Assembly (NCBI GenBank): GCA_018302885.1
Contig: JAGVZC010000005.1
Span: 1 to 32,256, forward strand
Source of the DNA: Candidatus Woesearchaeota archaeon
GTDB taxonomy: Archaea > Nanobdellota > Nanobdellia > SCGC-AAA011-G17 > GW2011-AR20
Direction of reading: 5' to 3'
Length of the DNA: 32,256 nucleotides
In this document: piece after piece, positions 1 to 8,949 of the stretch
Position numbering within the stretch: the stretch's first letter is position 1
Layout of the letters: each line of letters opens with the position of its first letter
The notes under the pieces: model-generated
Told to the model about the DNA's origin: nothing
The model's database searches: none
What the model saw: only the letters and a program-made list of their open reading frames with translations
Made by a program: the position numbers and the translations under genes

Positions 1-372
1 CAATGCCAAAACTCTTTTGAAAACTTCTACCTGTTTATCCAGATGAATTTCATCAGAACGATTAAAATCCTCAGAACTTTTATCCAAACCAATTTCTCCA
101 ACTGCAATTATGTTGTCTTTATTTTTTTTAATGAAATTAATTTCCTCATCTAATTGCTTTTCATTCAATTTTATTGCATGCAGCGGATACAGACCCAAAG
201 AAGATTTTACTATATTATACTTCCTTGAAATTTCAAGGGATCTTTTTGCATCTTCCATGTTTGTTGCTGAATCAACAACGGTCATGTTTAATTTTTCTGC
301 TCTCTTTACAACTGCATCTCTGTCTTCATCAAAATCCTTAAAATTCAAATGACAATGAACATCTACCAACAT
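1..372 (-). CDS. tatD: TatD-family hydrolase/DNase (runs off the left edge of the window)
   Basis: Not in the ORF track. Manual translation from ATG at 372 gives MLVDVHCHLNFKDFDEDRDAVVKRA...SLGLYP...IIAVGEIGLD, i.e. the DxHxH and GEIGLD motifs. Confidence 0.93.
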   Translation of the reverse strand, partial: MLVDVHCHLNFKDFDEDRDAVVKRAEKLNMTVVDSATNMEDAKRSLEISRKYNIVKSSLGLYPLHAIKLNEKQLDEEINFIKKNKDNIIAVGEIGLDKSSEDFNRSDEIHLDKQVEVFKRVLAL

Positions 373-373
373 T

Positions 374-1528
374 TTATATTATCAGTGAGAACAACCAGTT
401 TAATAAGTTTATCAAATAAGGCAACAGGTTAATTATTATCAGTCCCAAGACAAAGAAGCTGATATATTTCCATATCTTTTTTATTTTATTTGCATCTTTA
501 ATAATAAAGGACAAACCAAGCGGAAGCATTCTCCCCCCGTCAACAGGACCTAAAGGCAGCAGATTAAACAATCCAACGCCAAGCGATATCAACCACAACC
601 ATTTGAATAATTCAAAGAACCAGCTGAAAACAGAAGTTCCAATATTTTTATTTTTATAATCCTGAAGTTGAATTGTCTGTATACCTATTACATTAATATC
701 ATTTTCTTTTTTTGGTGTTACTGAATAATCTCCCTTGTCAGTGTTAAGAACAAATTCATCTTCACTGTTTTTTATGAAATCCAAAAGCTCATTTGAAGAT
801 TTTATCTCGTTATCATTTATTCCGGTTATTATAGAACCTATTTCAACTCCGGAAATATTAGCCGGATATCCATCCATAACTCCAGCGACGTAAAGTCCTG
901 TTGGTTCAACCAAGGACTGTTGCATTGGTGAAAATACAAACAATAAAATTAAAAATATCAGGAAAGCAAGAATAATATTTGAAAAAGGGCCTGCAGAAAG
1001 TATAGACAATTGCGCTTTCCTTGATTTCCTTGCCGTCTGCTTTTCATCAGGTTCGACAAACGCAGCAGGTATTGGACCAAGAAATGCAAATCCAGAAGAT
1101 TTAATTTTAATGTTATTTAATCTTGCATAGATTCCATGGCTGAATTCATGAACCAATGCGATTATGAAAATAATTATTATCCAATGCCAGAAACTTAAAA
1201 CAGGTAATAAGGGAGAAACTTTTATTCCGGGAAGAACAGGAACCAATCCCGGTGCTGATGTTGGTTGTATTATTAATTTAAAAGTCATCTGAACAAGCAA
1301 TAAAAACATCATTATCATTCCAAGAAAACCAGTTATTATTCCTATGATCCCAATTACATTTAATGATTTAGGAGAGAACTTTGATAATTTATCCATGAAT
1401 TTCAAACCAAATTTTGTTCTGTAAAGAAAAAATATTTTTCCCTGAACTTCAAATTTCTTTTTATGTGTCAAATAAAAGATATAAACTAGAAAAAAGAAAA
1501 CAAGCAATAAAATTAAATCCCAATTCAT
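374..1528 (-). CDS. Site-2 protease (peptidase M50) with PDZ domain
   Basis: HEFSH zinc motif, AFVEPD, AGPFSN and NLLPLGPVDGG motifs; multiple TM helices; PDZ-like segment (GYPANISGVEIGSII). Confidence 0.93.
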   Translation of the reverse strand: MNWDLILLLVFFFLVYIFYLTHKKKFEVQGKIFFLYRTKFGLKFMDKLSKFSPKSLNVIGIIGIITGFLGMIMMFLLLVQMTFKLIIQPTSAPGLVPVLPGIKVSPLLPVLSFWHWIIIIFIIALVHEFSHGIYARLNNIKIKSSGFAFLGPIPAAFVEPDEKQTARKSRKAQLSILSAGPFSNIILAFLIFLILLFVFSPMQQSLVEPTGLYVAGVMDGYPANISGVEIGSIITGINDNEIKSSNELLDFIKNSEDEFVLNTDKGDYSVTPKKENDINVIGIQTIQLQDYKNKNIGTSVFSWFFELFKWLWLISLGVGLFNLLPLGPVDGGRMLPLGLSFIIKDANKIKKIWKYISFFVLGLIIINLLPYLINLLNWLFSLII

Positions 1529-1686
1529 TTTTTTCTTACAGGCCTTAAAGCTTTACTTCCGCATTTTCTGCATGAAACCTTTTTCTGAATAATTTTCTGT
1601 GGCTGAGCTCTTTGTTTTGTCTTGCATTTTCTGCAAACAAACATATTCTTATACAATCTTTCATTAGCTTCTGGGAATTTTACCAT
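1525..1686 (-). CDS. rpl40e: 50S ribosomal protein L40e
   Basis: Manual translation MVKFPEANERLYKNMFVCRKCKTKQRAQPQKIIQKKVSCRKCGSKALRPVRKK, with a CxxC...CRKCG zinc finger and LRP. Confidence 0.92.
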   Translation of the reverse strand: MVKFPEANERLYKNMFVCRKCKTKQRAQPQKIIQKKVSCRKCGSKALRPVRKK

Positions 1687-2085
1687 TTATTTCACCTGTT
1701 TCATAACTTTTTCACCAAGAATCTTCCAGTAAATAATTTCTTTACCTTCGTGAATCTGGGATTTTAATTCATCCGGTATTTTCAAATCAAAGTTTTCATA
1801 TGTTTCCATTTCCATCAAGTTTGCGACATGACCTGATATTGACAATACCTGGGCTGAATGTTTTGTGACAATCGGAACATCAACTTTATCATGTGTTGGA
1901 GCAACAAATATTTTTTTCTGACTGTCAATCATTCCAATGGCTTCAACTCTTGCCTTTGCATGTCCGTGCTTACCTGTCTTTGATGTCTGAACATCCTTAA
2001 CAATACAAGCTATGCCATCAATGATCACATAATTCCCTTTTTTTAAGGAACCAACATTTGTTTGTTTCTTGTCACCCTCATCCAT
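1687..2085 (-). CDS. eif5a: Translation factor aIF5A
   Basis: SKTGKHGHAK hypusination motif. Probable start MDEGDKK at 2085, with a TATA-like TTTATAAAT about 25 nt upstream. Confidence 0.93.
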   Translation of the reverse strand: MDEGDKKQTNVGSLKKGNYVIIDGIACIVKDVQTSKTGKHGHAKARVEAIGMIDSQKKIFVAPTHDKVDVPIVTKHSAQVLSISGHVANLMEMETYENFDLKIPDELKSQIHEGKEIIYWKILGEKVMKQVK

Positions 2086-2120
2086 GAAAGAGAAAGAATT
2101 AATATAATTTATAAAGATTT

Positions 2121-2394
2121 CTAAAACTTCTTCCAATTCCTTAAGAACATCCTCTGGCTTTTTCTCTGTAGTTTTCAATAATCTTTCATTCAAATCCCTT
2201 ATAGCACCCTCAAGATATTTTATCTTTAACTCCAGATTAAACAAATGTTTTGTCATGTTTGCAACTGCAATCCACAATTGCGCATCTGCTTTGTTCTTTG
2301 CTTGAGAATAAGCATCTTTGAATTTAGCTGTCTCTTTTACCTGCAAGTCCAAATAATCTTTTATTATTGGATCAACATTTTTTCTCCATGGCAT
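2121..2394 (-). CDS. Small coiled-coil hypothetical protein (MPWRKNVDP...); as assembled it reads through into aIF5A, probably because of a 1-nt indel
   Basis: ATG at 2394, directly after the stop of the upstream gene. Deleting one G near 2133 gives ...ELKKF-stop (TAG at 2121-2123), just before the aIF5A promoter. Confidence 0.6.
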
Positions 2395-2395
2395 T

Positions 2396-3094
2396 TTAAA
2401 TATCCTCCAAAAATTTCGCGCGCACCCCAAGACAACCATGCGAGCCGGACGGATTCCCATTGTAATACAGGTCAGCCCTGCCAGGATTGGCAAAGAGCCC
2501 AGCAACGTTTTCATCTACTGGGGAAAATAGTAAAATATTTTTACCTTCAAAGTATTTTTTGATTTTTGATTTTTTTTCGGGAAACCCCTGAGAATTAAAT
2601 GAATCTAAATCCACAAAAACACTATTTTCCATAACACAATTTTCCAAAGGTTTTGAGTATAGTGGCCTCAAATTTCCATTTTCATCAATTATATGATTGT
2701 GGTTTACTATTAATCCCTTTTTTCCGGAACTAAATCTTGTGCTTGTGTACTCCCAACAATTTGTTAGAGCAACTCTTTTTATTTCTTTTAATTTATTAGG
2801 ACTTATTTCATTTTTATTTCCATCATAAACTGGTTTATCTGAAGACAGCAAAATATGCAGATTTAACCTATCTACTGAAGAAGGCACCGCTCTTTTATAT
2901 TCGGACAGAACTTTATGAAAATCCACCCAATTTAAATTAAAAATAAATGGAAAATCTGTTAAAATTAATTGTTTCTTTTCTCCTATTGCAATATCCTCTT
3001 CAGGTATACAGATGTAATTGGATTTATCTGCAAGGATTCTTTTAATCCTCTTGTCTACGGAAGGTTCATACTTAGGATTTAGGATAATGTTCAT
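2396..3094 (-). CDS. Hypothetical protein with a C-terminal DGR-target-like (CLec-type) variable region
   Basis: 232-aa ORF ending VAGLFANPGRADLYYNGNPSGSHGCLGVRA, encoded by an abruptly GC-rich tract. Confidence 0.65.
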   Translation of the reverse strand: MNIILNPKYEPSVDKRIKRILADKSNYICIPEEDIAIGEKKQLILTDFPFIFNLNWVDFHKVLSEYKRAVPSSVDRLNLHILLSSDKPVYDGNKNEISPNKLKEIKRVALTNCWEYTSTRFSSGKKGLIVNHNHIIDENGNLRPLYSKPLENCVMENSVFVDLDSFNSQGFPEKKSKIKKYFEGKNILLFSPVDENVAGLFANPGRADLYYNGNPSGSHGCLGVRAKFLEDI

Positions 3095-3185
3095 TTTGTT
3101 TAGGAAAGTTGTAATTATTTATAAAAGTTTCCATTTTGAAGTGGTTATAAAAACATTTATATAAACAACAAAAATTCAATTTAAA

Positions 3186-3821
3186 ATGTTAAATGAAAAT
3201 GATTTCATAGAAATTGATTACATAGCAAGAATCAAGGATAATGGCATATTTGATTTGACTAATAAAGAGATTGCAAAAGAAAATAATATCTATAATAAAG
3301 ATTTCAAATACAAGCCAGTAATTATCTGCTTAGGAAAGGGGGATATAATAAAAGGGTTGGACAGTAAAATAATAGGGAAAGACATAGGAAAATATACAAT
3401 AGAATTAAATCCTGAAGAGGGTTTTGGAAAAAAAGACGGTAAATTAATAAAATTAGTGCCAACAAAGGAGTTTACAAAGCAAAACATAAAACCCATGCCG
3501 GGCATGCAGTTGAATCTTGATGGCTTCATTGGAAGAATTATTTCCGTAACTGGCGGAAGAACATTGGTTGATTTCAACAATCCATTATCAGGAAAAAATC
3601 TGGTTTATGAAATTGAGATAAAAAGAAAGATTACAGACAAAAAAGAACAATTGGAAGGCTTTCTGGACATTTTATTCAAGGATTACAAATTAGAATTAAA
3701 GGATGATGAAGCAGTAATTGATACCAAGATAAGCAAAGAAATGGAAGAAAGCCTAAAAAAGGAAATTCTTGAGAGAGTAAAAATCAAAAAAGTGACTTTT
3801 AAAATAAATAATGAAAAATAA
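3186..3821 (+). CDS. FKBP-type peptidyl-prolyl cis-trans isomerase (archaeal long type, SlyD-like)
   Basis: FIEIDYIARI, FDLT, PEEGFG and GGRTLVDFNNPLSGKNLVYEI motifs. Confidence 0.92.
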   Translation: MLNENDFIEIDYIARIKDNGIFDLTNKEIAKENNIYNKDFKYKPVIICLGKGDIIKGLDSKIIGKDIGKYTIELNPEEGFGKKDGKLIKLVPTKEFTKQNIKPMPGMQLNLDGFIGRIISVTGGRTLVDFNNPLSGKNLVYEIEIKRKITDKKEQLEGFLDILFKDYKLELKDDEAVIDTKISKEMEESLKKEILERVKIKKVTFKINNEK

Positions 3822-3870
3822 TCACTTTAGGATAAATATCTTTAAATAATAGTTTAAGAATTTTTAAGCT

Positions 3871-4980
3871 ATGGAATCTATGATACGCAGAGCAACTTCT
3901 AATCTTAGTTTCAAAAAAGAAGTTCAAAAGACTTCTGCTATTGATGAAGAGCTTGAACAATTGCTTTCTAAACAAAAAGCCAAAATAAAAGTTGTTGGAG
4001 CTGGCGGTGCTGGCAATAATACCATCAACAGAATGACTGAAATAGGAATTACTGGCGCTGAGACAATAGCAATCAACACAGATGCTCAGGATTTATTATA
4101 TACAAATGCTGATGTTAAAATTCTAATTGGGAAAGAAGTGACAGGTGGTTTAGGGGCCGGTTCTATTCCCAAAGTAGGTGAGGAGGCTGCAAGAGAATCT
4201 GAAACTGACATAAAAAAAGCAATAACTGGTGCTGATATGGTGTTTATTACATGCGGTCTTGGCGGAGGAACGGGTACTGGAAGCGCTCCAATTGTGGCAG
4301 AGATTGCAAAGAAGCAGAACTGCCTTACAGTTGGTGTTGTAACTATCCCCTTTTCCATGGAAGGCCAAAGAAGATATGAGAATGCAATAATCGGCCTTGA
4401 AAAATTAGAAAATATCGTTGATACTTTAATTGTAATTCCAAACGACAAGCTATTGGAGTTGGCTCCTGACTTGCCATTGCATACTGCATTCAAGATTGCA
4501 GATGAAATATTGACAAATGCTGTAAAAGGAATTGCTGAATTGGTTACAAAAGCTGGTTTGGTTAACCTTGACTTTGCAGATATCAAGACAGTAATGTCAA
4601 ATGGCGGAGTTGCAATGATCGGCGTTGGTGAATCAGACACAGCAAACAGGGCTGTTGAAGCTGTTGAAAAAGCAATAAACAATCCGATACTGGATGTTGA
4701 TATCTCCGGAGCAAATGGCGCATTAATAAATGTTGCCGGCGGTCCAGACATGACTTTGGATGAAGCAAGGAAAGTTGTTGAAACAATCTCAACAAAACTT
4801 GACGAGGATGCAAGGATAATCTGGGGAGCAAGCATAAGCGAGGATCTTGAAAATACAATAAGAACAATGCTGATAGTTACTGGTGTTAGTTCTCCGCAGA
4901 TATTTGGTCCAAGAAGATCTACTTCTACAAGAAGGAAGAAAGAAATTGAGAATGAATTAGGAATAGAGTTTGTTGATTAA
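3871..4980 (+). CDS. ftsZ: Cell division protein FtsZ
   Basis: [19 protein letters not shown] tubulin signature and NLDFADI; ftsZ-secE-spt5-rpl11 synteny. Confidence 0.98.
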   Translation: MESMIRRATSNLSFKKEVQKTSAIDEELEQLLSKQKAKIKVVGAGGAGNNTINRMTEIGITGAETIAINTDAQDLLYTNADVKILIGKEVTGGLGAGSIPKVGEEAARESETDIKKAITGADMVFITCGLGGGTGTGSAPIVAEIAKKQNCLTVGVVTIPFSMEGQRRYENAIIGLEKLENIVDTLIVIPNDKLLELAPDLPLHTAFKIADEILTNAVKGIAELVTKAGLVNLDFADIKTVMSNGGVAMIGVGESDTANRAVEAVEKAINNPILDVDISGANGALINVAGGPDMTLDEARKVVETISTKLDEDARIIWGASISEDLENTIRTMLIVTGVSSPQIFGPRRSTSTRRKKEIENELGIEFVD

Positions 4981-5108
4981 AATACTTTTTGATTATGTTG
5001 AAGAAAGATTAAAACAAGCAGGAATAGTTGCCCAGAATTATGCAAGTTCAGAAGTTAGAATTGTTAATTTAATAACATTTATAAATACTATTTTTATTTC
5101 TTAAAATA

Positions 5109-5291
5109 ATGATTAAGAATCTATTCATAAAATTAAAAACTTTCTTCATAGAAAGCAAAAGAGTTTTTAAGATAACAAAGAAACCAAGCAACGAAGAATT
5201 TAAAACCATTGTAAAAGTAACTGCAATAGGAACAGCCATAATTGGTCTGTTAGGGGCAATGATACAAATAGGATATCATTTGTTAAGATGA
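5109..5291 (+). CDS. secE: Protein translocase SecE / Sec61-gamma
   Basis: RVFKITKKPSNEEF followed by a single TM helix; synteny. Confidence 0.93.
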   Translation: MIKNLFIKLKTFFIESKRVFKITKKPSNEEFKTIVKVTAIGTAIIGLLGAMIQIGYHLLR

Positions 5292-5743
5292 GTGAAATAT
5301 ATACATTAAAAACAACTGCAAACAGGGAAGAACAGGTACTTGACTTTGTAGTCAATAACATAAAGAAAAAAGGCCTTAATGTTTATTCTGTCTTTCATCC
5401 ACACGGAATGAGAGGATATATTTTTGTTGAAGCTGAAACAAAGGATGATGCACAAAAATCATATCAGGGAGTTCCATATGCGAAAGGGTTATTAAGAGCT
5501 CCTGTAAATTATCAGGAAGTTGAGCATATGCTTGAACAAGCCAAAGCCCAGGTTAATATTCAAAACAGGGACATTGTAGAAATAATATCTGGCCCGTTCA
5601 AGGGAGAGAAAGCAAGAGTTACAAGAATAGAAGAGCAAAAAGAAGAAATTATTCTGGAATTACTTGAATCAGCAGTTCCAATCCCAATAACTGTGAAGTT
5701 AGATTCTGTAAAGGTCATAAGAAGAGATAAAGAAGATGAGTAA
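5288..5743 (+). CDS. spt5: Transcription elongation factor Spt5 (NusG)
   Basis: NGN domain (GYIFVEA) and KOW motif (DIVEIISGPFKGEKARV). Confidence 0.96.
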   Translation: MSEIYTLKTTANREEQVLDFVVNNIKKKGLNVYSVFHPHGMRGYIFVEAETKDDAQKSYQGVPYAKGLLRAPVNYQEVEHMLEQAKAQVNIQNRDIVEIISGPFKGEKARVTRIEEQKEEIILELLESAVPIPITVKLDSVKVIRRDKEDE

Positions 5744-6407
5744 AAAAGAAACAATTGAAATGCTTGTAGATGGCGGAAAAGCAAAAGCAGATGCTTCAGT
5801 TGCACAAAAATTAGGACCAATGAAAATTAATGTCCAGGAAGTTCTTAAGGTTGTCAATGAAAAGACAAGCTCATTTAATGGAATGAAGGTTCCTGTTAAA
5901 TTAATAGTTGATACTGAAACAAAAGAGTTTGAGATAAGCATTGGCACTCCTCCAATCTCTGAATTAATCAAAAAGGAATTAGAATTGCAAAAAGGAAGTT
6001 CATTTCCAAACAAAGACAAAGTAGCAAACATCGGGATTGAACAAGTCATTAAGATTGCAAAGATGAAAGAATCAAGCATTTTGCATAATTCCATGAAGTC
6101 TGTTGTTAAAACCGTCATAGGAAGCTGCAATGCCTTGGGAATTCTAGTTGAGGGTGAAGAAGCAAGAGACATCAATAAAGAAATAGACAACGGAAAATAT
6201 GACAAGGAAATTAAAGAAGAAAGAAAAGAAGTCAGTGAAGACAAAAAGAAAAGACTGCAAACAGAACTTGAACAATTCAGAAAGAAGTATGCTGGTGACA
6301 TTGAAATTTTGAAGGCTAAGGTAAAAGAAAAAGCCAAGGCTGCAACAGAAAGGAAAGAGAAGGAAGGCGGAGAGAAGAAGGAAGAGACTGCAGCCCAGAA
6401 AAAATAG
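5736..6407 (+). CDS. rpl11: 50S ribosomal protein L11 with charged C-terminal extension
   Basis: GGKA...LGP, GMKVPVK, GTPPISELIKK and VIGSCNALGI motifs; synteny. Confidence 0.95.
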   Translation: MSKKETIEMLVDGGKAKADASVAQKLGPMKINVQEVLKVVNEKTSSFNGMKVPVKLIVDTETKEFEISIGTPPISELIKKELELQKGSSFPNKDKVANIGIEQVIKIAKMKESSILHNSMKSVVKTVIGSCNALGILVEGEEARDINKEIDNGKYDKEIKEERKEVSEDKKKRLQTELEQFRKKYAGDIEILKAKVKEKAKAATERKEKEGGEKKEETAAQKK

Positions 6408-6426
6408 GAAAATTTATTATTTTCTT

Positions 6427-7296
6427 TCAATAAATTCTACTCTTCATTCCATCCAATAAGTTAAATGTTTTCAAAAGAGAGACCCCCCTCCCTAAATTAT
6501 ATTTTCCATCAAAATTATGATAACTTTTATTTGCTAAATGATATAATTGTAATATTCCATTTGGGTTCATTTTAAATATTTTTAAGATCACTAGTTCTTC
6601 TTTTGTTATTTCCAAACCCCTTTGTATTCCATCAAAATCAAAGGTTTCATCCAATAAAACTTCATCTTTTTCTTGATACACAAAAGCAGGAAATTGTTCT
6701 TTCCTTTTATCTCTAGTTTCTAAACCAATTATAATGCTTACTGGGTTATATTTAGAGGTTCTTCTGTTGATATTAGTACTTTTTAGGTCTGACTTTGAAG
6801 GCCTGGTTCTTTCAATCTCAATATCCTCAAATCCATCTTCAATAAAGTTAAAAAGTGGGTGAGTATGAAACTCAAGTATCATTTGATGACTTGGATCACA
6901 AGATAGATTGTCTTTATCTTCATAATGTTTAAAATAATCCATTCTGGTTTTTAATCCTTTGGATATTGGGAAAGGCATGCTTGATGTTATATTTCTCTTT
7001 TTAAGTTCATAATGTAGTTTACCCAATTCAAGAACATTTAATTCTCTAAGTTCTCTCCCAAACCATTTTCTAGACATCTCTTTTTCTCTTGCATGCCCTA
7101 TTAGTTTATCTTTGCAACCTATAATAATATCATCAAAAAAAATACCAACTTCAGAATCATAGAACATATGAAATCCAGTTTCAAATCCGGTTTCTTGAGT
7201 TATTCTTATAGATTTATCTACTCCAGCTACGAATGCTTCATTATTTAATTCTGCCAAGTAATCTTCTATAGTTTTAAAATTTTTTTGTCTTTCCAT
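6427..7296 (-). CDS. Hypothetical protein with JAB/MPN-like metalloprotease motif
   Basis: N-terminal ETGF glutamate, then FHTHP...PSKSD (HxH...SxxD) with an elongated spacer. Confidence 0.55.
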   Translation of the reverse strand: MERQKNFKTIEDYLAELNNEAFVAGVDKSIRITQETGFETGFHMFYDSEVGIFFDDIIIGCKDKLIGHAREKEMSRKWFGRELRELNVLELGKLHYELKKRNITSSMPFPISKGLKTRMDYFKHYEDKDNLSCDPSHQMILEFHTHPLFNFIEDGFEDIEIERTRPSKSDLKSTNINRRTSKYNPVSIIIGLETRDKRKEQFPAFVYQEKDEVLLDETFDFDGIQRGLEITKEELVILKIFKMNPNGILQLYHLANKSYHNFDGKYNLGRGVSLLKTFNLLDGMKSRIY

Positions 7297-7407
7297 CTTA
7301 ACCTTTTTGTAATTTTAATTACTATTTAGTAATAGTTAATTATATATAAACTTTTGTTGTAATAAAACTTACGAAATATTTATATACTATATTTATTAAT
7401 TAACATT

Positions 7408-8127
7408 ATGTATGAACAAGAATTAAATGAAATTGGACTAAGCAATAATGAGATAAAAATATATTTGGCTTTATTGAAATCGGGATTATTGAATCCCACC
7501 CAATTGGCAGAAAAAACAGGTCTGCATAGATCTTATGTTTATGACACCTTAGAAAGATTATTGGAAAAAGGAATAATAAATACCCTTCTAGTAAATAATA
7601 AAAAGAATTATCAGGCAGTTGACCCAAAAATACTAAGAGAAATATTTGAATTAAAAATTAAGCAATTAGATAGGATTATCCCAGAATTATCCTCATTATT
7701 TGAATCCAAAAATGAAGGGACAAAAATTGAGCTTCATAAAGGAAAGAATGTCTATCTGACATTAATCAAAGATTTGACTGCAAATTTGAGAAAAAATGAT
7801 GTGGTATTTATTATTGGCGCAAATGAAGAAGTGTTAGAAACTATTGAACCAATTTATCTTAAGCAGTATTTTAGCATAATAAAAGAAAAAAATGTAAAAG
7901 AAAGAGTAATAATTGCTGATGGAAGTAAACGGTTCAAAGAAAGAAATATAGAGTACAAAAATTTAAATAGGAATTATCTTGGGGATACCACAATTGTAAT
8001 TTATCAAAAGAAAGTATTCTTATTTACATGGGATGACCCTTATTATCTTATTTTAATTAACAGCAGAAAAATTGTTGAATCTTACAAAAAACAGTTTAAT
8101 TTATTATGGAAGATTGCTAAAAAATGA
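7408..8127 (+). CDS. TrmB-family transcriptional regulator
   Basis: GLSNNEIKIYLALL and the HTH LAEKTGLHRSYVYDTLERLLEKG; C-terminal F..LW typical of TrmB. Confidence 0.9.
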   Translation: MYEQELNEIGLSNNEIKIYLALLKSGLLNPTQLAEKTGLHRSYVYDTLERLLEKGIINTLLVNNKKNYQAVDPKILREIFELKIKQLDRIIPELSSLFESKNEGTKIELHKGKNVYLTLIKDLTANLRKNDVVFIIGANEEVLETIEPIYLKQYFSIIKEKNVKERVIIADGSKRFKERNIEYKNLNRNYLGDTTIVIYQKKVFLFTWDDPYYLILINSRKIVESYKKQFNLLWKIAKK

Positions 8128-8927
8128 ACAAAGAGGAAGTGATTAAAGAATTAAGAATAATTACAAAAGAAAGGGGCAAGTCCCCCACTAGAAGAAGTAT
8201 TCCATTAAAATTATATTATCACTGCATTAAACAATTTAAATATTTCAATGAAGCAAAAAAACAAGCAGGATTAAAATTATACAATAATAGATTCCTTGAG
8301 TTACCCCCTAGTTCTTATATTCAGGATAAAGATTTAGTTAGACTAGTCAGTTTTTTAACTTTTGATGGTCATTTATATAAAAGTTTAAACGCAATAATAT
8401 TAATATCTAAGTATAAAAATGAACTAAAAAAATATGAGAAATTAATTAAAAATAAATTTGGATTAAATGGAAATTACAGATTAAAAGCAGATGGTTTTGG
8501 TGAATCTTTTAATTATAGAGTTTACAGTAAAGAATTAGGTAAACTTCTAAATAAATTTGGAACTCCGAGAGGGGATAAGATGTTAACTCCTTTTGATGTT
8601 CCTAATTGGATTAAAGAAAACAAAGAATTCACTAGAGAATACTTAAAAGTTGCATTTTATTGCGAAGGGTGTAAATATAAAACCTCAGAAAATACAGAAA
8701 TAATACAATTTAATCTAAATAAAAGTGAAGAGTTACTAGAAGATGGTTTAAAATTCATTGAATCTTTAATTTATTTGCTTAAAGAGTTTAATATTGAAAC
8801 AACAAAAACATGGATTATGAAAGGGAATTTAAGAAAAAAGGATGGAAAAACAACAAAAATGATAAAATTTAAGATAAAGGCTAATAGTATCAATAAGTTT
8901 ATAAAAGAGATTGGTTGGATTAAATAA
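8124..8927 (+). CDS. Free-standing LAGLIDADG homing-endonuclease-like protein
   Basis: Two LAGLIDADG-like helices (LVSFLTFDGHL; YLKVAFYCEGC), with G..RGDK and VPNWI between them. The N-terminus resembles a homing-endonuclease-associated repeat (KEEVIKELR..GKSPT..FNEAKKQAGL). No intein termini. Confidence 0.8.
   Translation: MNKEEVIKELRIITKERGKSPTRRSIPLKLYYHCIKQFKYFNEAKKQAGLKLYNNRFLELPPSSYIQDKDLVRLVSFLTFDGHLYKSLNAIILISKYKNELKKYEKLIKNKFGLNGNYRLKADGFGESFNYRVYSKELGKLLNKFGTPRGDKMLTPFDVPNWIKENKEFTREYLKVAFYCEGCKYKTSENTEIIQFNLNKSEELLEDGLKFIESLIYLLKEFNIETTKTWIMKGNLRKKDGKTTKMIKFKIKANSINKFIKEIGWIK
8898..8906 (+). promoter_or_regulatory. Probable TATA box of pre-tRNA-Pro
   Basis: TTTATAAAA about 25 nt upstream of the leader (8931 onward) that pairs with the tRNA. 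Confidence 0.5.
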
Positions 8928-8949
8928 ATGAGGTTAAAGCCCATAAGAT

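Noticed and set aside
1687..2514. Single 275-aa ORF from the track
   Set aside because: Its first 40 codons overlap the 2396-3094 gene in another frame. It is better explained as a small gene plus aIF5A.
4086..4867. Long antisense ORFs over ftsZ (likewise 5699-6430, 15947-16300, 24399-24659, 110-352 and others)
   Set aside because: Shadow frames opposite well-supported genes, with no recognisable motifs.
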